Shown here: positions 26,069 to 32,503 of the stretch, piece after piece
Layout of the letters: each line of letters starts with the position of its first letter
Position numbering within the stretch: position 1 is the stretch's first letter
Source of the DNA: an uncultured virus (IMG/VR IMGVR_UViG_3300020057_001237)
Taxonomy: Duplodnaviria > Heunggongvirae > Uroviricota > Caudoviricetes
Reading direction: 5' to 3' (one strand)
IMG/VR virus record: IMGVR_UViG_3300020057_001237
Length of the DNA: 32,503 nt
The notes under the pieces: model-generated
The model's database searches: none
Seen by the model: the letters and a program-made list of their open reading frames with translations, nothing else
Told to the model about the DNA's origin: nothing
Position numbers and translations under genes: made by a program

Positions 26069-28291
26069 ATGGCTACGAAAATTCTAGGTTTTGACGATAT
26101 CACAGGCAGGATGAAACGCACCTCGTTGGTCTTACCTGCTTTAGCCGGTGGTGCTAATACGATCCTACGCAACGACGGCAGTGAAGGTTTGACGTGGGTA
26201 GCTTTCCCCACATTGCAAAGTGTGTACGATGCTGACGTAGATGGTTCAAATGCTCTCATCACAACAACCGCCACAGACGGATCAGTTGTTATCGCCGGAA
26301 CTGAAAGTCTTCAAGTCACAGCTAACAGTGGTTTGGACGTAAACCCTGCCACTCCCGGTTCTGCTGATGTCTTAGACATTATTAATACGGGAACAGGTGC
26401 AGCATTAGACGTAGACCTTACAAACGCCTCCAACAATACGGACGGTATTAGCGTCGATCACGCAGGTTCCGGCGCGGGCTTCAACGGACTTAATGTCACA
26501 CTAAGCAGCATTTTTGGCTCTGGTAACGGAGTAAAAGTCACACATGCAGGTACGGGTTACGGTCTTTACGTAACGTCGGCAGGTGGCGGCTTGCGTTTAG
26601 CCGGTGCAAGTTCTTCACGTATTGATTTCGTTGGTACCGTCAGCGGTACATTAGGAATTAGAGTTCCTTCAGCGATTACGTCCCACAACTGGACATTACC
26701 AGCTACTCAAGGCGGTGCTAGCACCATTTTGACCAACGACGGTTCGGGAAACCTAAGTTGGAGTCCTGCAAGTAGTACGCTTCAAGATGCCTACAACAAT
26801 GACGCTAACGGCAGCGATGCACTAATCACCACCAACGCTACAGACGGCTCGGTGACTATTGCAGGTACGGAAAGCTTGAAGATCTCGGCGACAAACGGAA
26901 TTGACCTAACGACGACTAAGATCACGACGACGACCGTCAACGGCGGTGTCTTCATTGTTCCGAACGGAACTGGTACCTTCCAACTGAGCATAACCGGAAA
27001 CACTAGAGGTACGAACGCTGTTGACCTCCAAATGGTCCGAACGGTAGTCACTAGAGTTGCTTCAGGAGTTCAATCCTTTCTTGGAGCCGGACAAGAAAAT
27101 ACAGCAAGTGGTGATCAGTCTGCGGTTGTGATGGGCATCCAAAACACTGCGAGTGGACAAGGTGCCGCCATTCTAACCGGTAACTTGAATAGTGCGAGCG
27201 GGCAGTACGCCTTCATCGGCGGTGGTGCAAGCAACCAATCCCTTGGTGCGACCGGTGGTATCGGTGCGGGCTCTAGTAACCAAATTCAATCGTCTTCCTT
27301 TGACTCTTTCGTTGGTGGCGGTACAAGTAACGTCATCACCAACACAGGTGACCAAGCGTTCATCGGTGGTGGGTCTGGAAACCAGCTTACGGGCACCGGT
27401 AACGACAATGCTATTGTCGGCGGTGACAGTAACACCATCAGCGGTGGAACAAGCAGCGTTATCGGCGGTGGTGGATCTAACACCATCTCTGGCTCAATTT
27501 TACGCTCAGTAATCGCTGGTGGTCACGTCAACTCTACCACCGCTACGAACACTTCGATTGGTGGTGGTCAAGAAAACGCTACCACTGCCAACTATGCGGT
27601 AATTCCCGGTGGTCGCCGGAATGCTGCTGCTCACATAGCTGCTATCGTAATGGGTGGTGGTGCGAGGTCAACTGCGGATTACGACTTAGTAGTTGGCGGC
27701 GATACCAACTTTAACCCGAGCACTACTGAGAAGGTTCACTTCCGAGTAGCTGGTGATAATGCTGACGTTCACGTTGGACGGCAAATCAACCAATCCGCTG
27801 TGGCGGGTGCTTCTAACCGTCTTTCTCTACATACGATTTTAGCGAGCCAACAAGCACGCGCTACAAGCCTTAAAGCGCACGCCGCTTTGACTGCTTCGTA
27901 TGATATCACTTTACCAAATGCTCAAGGTGCTGCCCAAACAACCTTAGTAAACGACGGTTCCGGTAACTTAAGCTGGGCAATTGCTACGCCGCAGGTAGCA
28001 TTCAAAACAGCAAACTACACCGCCGTAGCTAACGACTTCCTTGGAGCTGACACCGCTTTAGGCACCTTCACTATTACGTTGCCTGCCTCCCCTTCGGCAG
28101 GACAACAAATTCGCATCTTCGACGCCGGAGGCGAGTTTGCGACTAACAACCTCACAATTGGACGCAACGGCAACAACATTGCAGGTCTAGCAAGCGATTT
28201 GATTCTAGACCAAAGTGATATTGATCTCCTTCTCGTTTACTACAACGGAACTAGGGGTTGGGTTGCAATGACGGGCACATTCACAAATTAA
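26069..28291 (+). CDS. Tail fibre/head-fibre-like protein with Gly-rich beta-solenoid repeats (740 aa)
   Basis: Repeats (F/V)IGGGxxNx; TLPxxQG...NDGSGNLSW modules; C-terminal TITLPASPSAGQQIRIFDA...NNLTIGRNG...LVYYNGTRGW domain common in phage fibres. Confidence 0.8.
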   Translation: MATKILGFDDITGRMKRTSLVLPALAGGANTILRNDGSEGLTWVAFPTLQSVYDADVDGSNALITTTATDGSVVIAGTESLQVTANSGLDVNPATPGSADVLDIINTGTGAALDVDLTNASNNTDGISVDHAGSGAGFNGLNVTLSSIFGSGNGVKVTHAGTGYGLYVTSAGGGLRLAGASSSRIDFVGTVSGTLGIRVPSAITSHNWTLPATQGGASTILTNDGSGNLSWSPASSTLQDAYNNDANGSDALITTNATDGSVTIAGTESLKISATNGIDLTTTKITTTTVNGGVFIVPNGTGTFQLSITGNTRGTNAVDLQMVRTVVTRVASGVQSFLGAGQENTASGDQSAVVMGIQNTASGQGAAILTGNLNSASGQYAFIGGGASNQSLGATGGIGAGSSNQIQSSSFDSFVGGGTSNVITNTGDQAFIGGGSGNQLTGTGNDNAIVGGDSNTISGGTSSVIGGGGSNTISGSILRSVIAGGHVNSTTATNTSIGGGQENATTANYAVIPGGRRNAAAHIAAIVMGGGARSTADYDLVVGGDTNFNPSTTEKVHFRVAGDNADVHVGRQINQSAVAGASNRLSLHTILASQQARATSLKAHAALTASYDITLPNAQGAAQTTLVNDGSGNLSWAIATPQVAFKTANYTAVANDFLGADTALGTFTITLPASPSAGQQIRIFDAGGEFATNNLTIGRNGNNIAGLASDLILDQSDIDLLLVYYNGTRGWVAMTGTFTN

Positions 28292-28304
28292 AGGATAGCA
28301 GCCA

Positions 28305-29732
28305 ATGAGGATGGTTAGACACCGTTACAAGATCGTCTTAGGCGCTCCTGCTTCGACGTATACTAAGATGTTCGAGAACTACAGTAAGCTGTCATCAGAC
28401 AATCCTCAGAAAGAGGCTATTGACTCCTACATTGAGTGGGCTCGTAAAACACTTAAGCGAGACGACCGTATCGTTTGGTATCTGCGTCAAGTACGTCCTC
28501 AATACTCTGCCAAGCATAAAAACGATAAAGCGCCGAGACTGGATTATTCAACAACGAAAAAGCTAGAACATTACATGGGGCTCATCACGCAGCAGAAGTA
28601 TCATCTTCTCGACCGTGTACCGTTTAAAGCAGACGAATCCTTTGCAGACCTTGACAGAAAGCTCAGTGCCGTAGAAAAGCAAGAAGCTGAAGCCAAGCGA
28701 AAAAAGAATGCTGCTTTGGAAAAAGCCCCTACGTTCTTAAAGGTTGCCAACGGCTGGGAATGGCAGTTTTTGGATCGCAAGACCTGTAAAAAGGAGGGTG
28801 ATGCCATGGAACACTGCGGTAACGCCGCAGCAAAGGCAGGAGATCGTATCCTCTCTCTAAGAGAGCCCGTAAAAAATGGTTGGATACCGCACCTTACTTT
28901 CATCTGGAATAAAGATGGGGCAATTGGTGAAAGCAAAGGCAGGGCAAACTCTAAGCCCTCTTCGAAGTACCACCCCTACATCTTGCCGCTCCTTGAAGAC
29001 AAACGTATTACCGGTCTAAGAGGTGGTGGTCACAAACCAGAGAATAACTTTAAGATTGCAGATCTAGATGAGGGGCAACGGGAGGAGCTAAAAAAGAAAA
29101 GACCTGATATTGTTGTAGACCAAATCCCCGAAGCTAAACTTGAAGAGATCGCAGAGATGATTCGCCATGAAGACGAAGGGATGGCGAGATATTACACTGA
29201 AGACTACGAAGCACACTTCGAGCGAGACCAATTAGAAGAGCGATATTTAGAGAAAAGCACCCAAAAAGTTTTAGAGGAGTACAAAGAAGCACTCAAACTT
29301 GCCGGTAAGAAATACAATGTTAAAGACGTACTCGACCAAGCTACTGACATCAAATATCACTCAAATGAGTACAAGTCTTTTGACAATACGCTTGCTTTCG
29401 ATAGCGTGAATGACCAAGAGGTCGATCTTAGCGACGATGTTGTCGAAGCTATAGAAGAGCTATCGGACGAGGACAAAGAGCGGCTAAATGAAATGTTAAG
29501 AATGGAAGATTTCCTCCTGCACCTTGAAAGAAATACCATTACTCTCAGTTGCAGCGGTGGCTGGTTTTTAGTTCTCGAAGAAGAAAAGCTTCAAGATATG
29601 GTCGTCGATGTTCTTAACGACTTAGACGATGATGTCGTAATTCCCGATGAGCTAAACGAAAGATATCCGCTTGTAGAAGTCCAAAAGGATCTACCTGCCG
29701 TAAGAGTACCCGAAGACCGTCAAAGTGCGTAA
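28305..29732 (+). CDS. PcfJ-like domain protein with acidic C-terminus (475 aa)
   Basis: EGDAMEHCG...ILSLRE...PHLTF...ESKGRANSKP matches the PcfJ-type EGxxMxHC...SLR...QxxGxxN pattern. Confidence 0.6.
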   Translation: MRMVRHRYKIVLGAPASTYTKMFENYSKLSSDNPQKEAIDSYIEWARKTLKRDDRIVWYLRQVRPQYSAKHKNDKAPRLDYSTTKKLEHYMGLITQQKYHLLDRVPFKADESFADLDRKLSAVEKQEAEAKRKKNAALEKAPTFLKVANGWEWQFLDRKTCKKEGDAMEHCGNAAAKAGDRILSLREPVKNGWIPHLTFIWNKDGAIGESKGRANSKPSSKYHPYILPLLEDKRITGLRGGGHKPENNFKIADLDEGQREELKKKRPDIVVDQIPEAKLEEIAEMIRHEDEGMARYYTEDYEAHFERDQLEERYLEKSTQKVLEEYKEALKLAGKKYNVKDVLDQATDIKYHSNEYKSFDNTLAFDSVNDQEVDLSDDVVEAIEELSDEDKERLNEMLRMEDFLLHLERNTITLSCSGGWFLVLEEEKLQDMVVDVLNDLDDDVVIPDELNERYPLVEVQKDLPAVRVPEDRQSA

Positions 29733-30298
29733 TGTTTGTCCTTGAGGAAAAGCTCGTGGGTTTTGTCTCCAAAATAAAAGCTAAATATTCAGTGCAAGCT
29801 ACTAGCTCATCACTTTGGTATCACTTGACGGACAACGAAAAATTCAAGCTCGACCCGACTTTTGCACCGGAAGACAACAGTATAGCAATTGAAGACCGCT
29901 CCGGCAGACCAGGAATTTACATTACGGCAGATGTGGAGAAATGGGTCAATGGACATGGTTATTGGCGTCCGTTCGTCGTGGAGTTCAAGGTTGATCCCTC
30001 AGTGAAGGACGCTCCTGGCGTTCACGGGAGATGGGGAGGGGAAATGTTTGTTCCTGCTTCTGCTTATGAGAAGCTAGACATTCTAAGAGTCATCCCTATT
30101 GACGCCTATGCCAGAGAACAATTCTCAATGTATGGTTGGATTGAGGGAGAGCTTAAGGAAGAGTTCGATACGGGTAAGCAAATCACTAACCAACATGCTA
30201 GGTTTCCTAATTACAAATATGATGGACCAGATGTCCGGTCCATGCCGTCAGCAGAAGTAACCCGGCTTAAGAAGCAGTTGAAGAAGGTAAAAGGCTAA
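29732..30298 (+). CDS. Possible ADP-ribosyltransferase-fold protein (188 aa)
   Basis: LWYHLT, PGIYIT, VVEF and GEMFV are in the order expected for ART-fold strands. Coupled to the upstream gene (TAATG). Confidence 0.45.
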   Translation: MFVLEEKLVGFVSKIKAKYSVQATSSSLWYHLTDNEKFKLDPTFAPEDNSIAIEDRSGRPGIYITADVEKWVNGHGYWRPFVVEFKVDPSVKDAPGVHGRWGGEMFVPASAYEKLDILRVIPIDAYAREQFSMYGWIEGELKEEFDTGKQITNQHARFPNYKYDGPDVRSMPSAEVTRLKKQLKKVKG

Positions 30299-30828
30299 AG
30301 CTTGCTGACTTCGGCGATCTTAGTAATCATTTTAGCATCCGGCAAAGCTCTGTGATGTGTGCCTTCAAATTCCAAATTGTGGATCTTTAAAGCTTTGGCA
30401 ACTCCGCAAGGCTTCTTTCCCCTCTTCTCCGCATGTTCAGTTTTGAGGTTACGGTGGATACCCATCGGATACTCGATGCCGTGGTAGGCACAGTCTTTCT
30501 TAAGCTGATTCATGTCGAAGTTCCCCCAAGAGCAAAAGTGCATCCTCCTTAAAGGTTTCCCAAACTTTTTAATAGCGAAGGCTTCGAGCTGTTGCATAGC
30601 TTCGGGGAAGGAGAGACCTCGATTTACTTCTTGCTGCGTGATCGTTGTAAGCTCGGTGCAGAAGTCGGAGAGGATAGGGCACACGACAGGCTTTACGAGG
30701 GCTTCCCAAGTAGCAAGCGGCTTAAAGGAATCGTCTGTGAAGACGGCTCCTATTTCTATAGTTTCCATTTTGTCTCGAAACGATTGGTCGTTGGAACATG
30801 TCGCTTCGAGGTCGATTACTACTTTCAT
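30295..30828 (-). CDS. DEDDh 3'-5' exonuclease, ERI-1/KapD-like (177 aa)
   Basis: VIDLEATC, EIGAV, FCTELTTI, WGNFD, HHRALPDA. Confidence 0.9.
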   Translation of the reverse strand: MKVVIDLEATCSNDQSFRDKMETIEIGAVFTDDSFKPLATWEALVKPVVCPILSDFCTELTTITQQEVNRGLSFPEAMQQLEAFAIKKFGKPLRRMHFCSWGNFDMNQLKKDCAYHGIEYPMGIHRNLKTEHAEKRGKKPCGVAKALKIHNLEFEGTHHRALPDAKMITKIAEVSKL

Positions 30829-30837
30829 GGATTCCTT

Positions 30838-31083
30838 TCATAGGGCGGTTGACCACCCCCAAGGAATGCCGCAACTGACGCACTTCAATACGCCTGCGGC
30901 ACCGCCTTCGAGGCGAAATGGTTGGCAGTCACATTTGGTAAGCTTTTTAGCCATATCAATAAGCTCTGCATCTATGTCTCTACAATGAGAACAAACCGAC
31001 ACCGAGTAGGAGTCGGAGAGGACTCCCGTATCTCGGCACGATCTGCATTTATATTTTGGAAATAACTTCCGCCAAAAATTCAC
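30838..31083 (-). CDS. Small Cys-rich Zn-finger protein (81 aa)
   Basis: CRSCRDTG...CSHC...CDC...CVSCG; coupled to the upstream stop. Confidence 0.6.
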   Translation of the reverse strand: MNFWRKLFPKYKCRSCRDTGVLSDSYSVSVCSHCRDIDAELIDMAKKLTKCDCQPFRLEGGAAGVLKCVSCGIPWGWSTAL

Positions 31084-31328
31084 GAGCCATCGTCTTTCAA
31101 AAAAGCGTTCAACCAGCCCCTAAGCACGGCGGCATTTTCTCGGTCGAGACGTATATGATAATGGGTGTCGGTCTCTCCCATATACGGTGTGTAAAAGAGC
31201 ACGGGGAAACGTTCAGCTTTATTGTTGGGGTCTGTGTCGTAGTCCCAATTGATACTGAGGTTGTCCGACTTCGTGTCTCTAATGGCGGTGCTACCGTAAC
31301 GATCCTCGTAAATATGATATATTAGCAC
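31080..31328 (-). CDS. Hypothetical protein (~82 aa)
   Basis: Fits the minus-strand operon. The start is uncertain and has no clear RBS. Confidence 0.5.
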   Translation of the reverse strand: MLIYHIYEDRYGSTAIRDTKSDNLSINWDYDTDPNNKAERFPVLFYTPYMGETDTHYHIRLDRENAAVLRGWLNAFLKDDGS

Positions 31329-31344
31329 TAGTTTTAATGCCAGC

Positions 31345-31392
31345 TTATATCCCCACGGCTAAAGCAGGGGGTTTTACGCTGAGTTTCGATAA
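31345..31392 (-). mobile_element. IS200/IS605-like end hairpin remnant (copy 1)
   Basis: Minus strand TTAT-CGAAACTCAGCGTAAAACCCCCTGCTTTAGCCGTGGGGATATAA: TTAT tetranucleotide plus a subterminal imperfect hairpin. No transposase seen. Confidence 0.6.
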
Positions 31393-31400
31393 GCCATCGT

Positions 31401-32225
31401 TCATTCCTTAGGGAAAATGTAAGGCAAAGAGAAACCTGCCGCTGCTGCGTGCCCACCTCCGCCGTATGTTTTCGCAAATGCCCCTACGTCGAAGTCCCCA
31501 CGAGATCTTAAGCTGTAGATGAATTTCTCGTCGTTGCCCATGAAAAAAGAAATAGCGAAGGGTGCTTCAGGATTCAGCTCAAGGACGTGGTTCAAAGTTT
31601 CCGAGATCAGAGAGGTGCTGTTTAAAAAGGGCACCTTATGACCTTGGATCGTTCTCCAACCGATTTTTTTAGCTGACGACTGTGCCCGCTCTTGCTGATA
31701 GGCAAGAATGGCTTCGCCTTTGGTTACGACATCGCCGTAGTTGGCTTCTAGTTCGTTGCAGAACTTGTCCCATTCGGAAAACTTGAACTTCAAAAGGGAA
31801 GCTGCGGCTAGGATCTCTTTCGTATGGGGAATAACAAACCGCCAAAGGTCTCTGTCTTCGACGGCGAGGACGAACTTAGGGATAGGTGTATCAGGATGGA
31901 AATGTTCCCACGCCAGTCTTGCTCCGCTTTTACCCATGTCAAACTTTGCACAGGAAAGTCCTCTTAGGTCTTCTTCGGCTGTTTTATGATGGTCTAAGAC
32001 GAGGACTTCGTGCCCTTGTGCTTCAAGGGTGAGAAGCGCGTCCCTTTGCAGGGAGAAGTCGAGGACGTAAATTTTCGCCGTAGCTGAGAGGTCTAGCCTG
32101 TCGAGGCTTCGATCAGTGTAGTGCATGGGAAAGTATTGGGCTGTATCTCCGAGCACTTTCCAAGCTGCGTAAGCCGCCGTGAAACCGTCGTTACATGATG
32201 CGTGGTAAATTACGTATGTTTTCAA
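31401..32225 (-). CDS. DHH/DHHA1 family phosphoesterase (nanoRNase-like, 274 aa)
   Basis: YHASCNDG, VLDFS, LDHHKT, DRDLW, SLRS, GGGGHAAAAGF. AGGAG RBS before TTG. Confidence 0.9.
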   Translation of the reverse strand: MKTYVIYHASCNDGFTAAYAAWKVLGDTAQYFPMHYTDRSLDRLDLSATAKIYVLDFSLQRDALLTLEAQGHEVLVLDHHKTAEEDLRGLSCAKFDMGKSGARLAWEHFHPDTPIPKFVLAVEDRDLWRFVIPHTKEILAAASLLKFKFSEWDKFCNELEANYGDVVTKGEAILAYQQERAQSSAKKIGWRTIQGHKVPFLNSTSLISETLNHVLELNPEAPFAISFFMGNDEKFIYSLRSRGDFDVGAFAKTYGGGGHAAAAGFSLPYIFPKE

Positions 32226-32244
32226 GAAAAGCTCCTGTTAGAAA

Positions 32245-32291
32245 TTATCGAAACTCAGCGTAAAACCCTAGCTTTAACCGTGGGGATATAA
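32245..32291 (+). mobile_element. IS200/IS605-like end hairpin remnant (copy 2, inverted relative to copy 1)
   Basis: TTAT-CGAAACTCAGCGTAAAACCCTAGCTTTAACCGTGGGGATATAA; first 24 nt identical to the reverse complement of copy 1. Confidence 0.6.
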
Positions 32292-32503
32292 ACCCCTAAG
32301 ATTGTACCGTAAGCCCGCCAACAACACACCTTATAATCGGCATCTAACTTGGAAACTTGAGCAGCCAACCGCAAGCCCCCTAGGAGGGAAGGGACTCCTA
32401 TCCAATACGTTTGTTCTGGGAAGTCCCAGAGGTACAAACCCATCGCCCGAAAACCGCCGAAAGTTCGGAAGCCCCCAAGGGAGGGGGGAAGGGGAGGAAG
32501 GGG

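Noticed and set aside
32255..32503. 62-aa ORF and G-rich tail as a tnpA remnant or G-quadruplex
   Set aside because: No HUH/Y1 motif, the ORF runs through the repeat, and the G-rich end may be low-quality terminal sequence.
1..32503. CRISPR array, tRNA or rRNA genes
   Set aside because: No regularly spaced direct repeats, cloverleaf with T-loop and CCA, or rRNA signatures were seen by eye.

Overview
This is a 32.5 kb segment of a large (jumbo-type) dsDNA tailed phage genome read in the standard genetic code. It carries dispersed morphogenesis genes: a >1239-aa repeat-rich fibre protein missing from the ORF track, a portal-like protein, an 865-aa acidic scaffold-like protein, a prohead protease, a capsid-decoration-like protein and a second fibre. 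It also carries a TM+GAF holin-like gene, an HNH nuclease, three large homing-endonuclease-like genes with C-terminal GNAT/Mom-like domains, and accessory enzymes (SLOG/DprA-like, HD-like, DEDDh exonuclease, DHH phosphoesterase). The most striking unexplained element is a ~1.04 kb stretch (about 13935-14975) with no credible gene. It is packed with nested helices whose G-U pairs mostly favour the + strand, making it a candidate giant structured ncRNA. Other observations: an AGATTAA candidate late-promoter motif; an RBS-sequestering hairpin; a shared [VIL]-x-A / [VIL]-x-LG propeptide motif marking probable head-packaged proteins, including ART-like and PcfJ-like ones; and two inverted IS200/IS605-like ends around the DHH gene. 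All family assignments come from motif recognition by eye, with no database searches.
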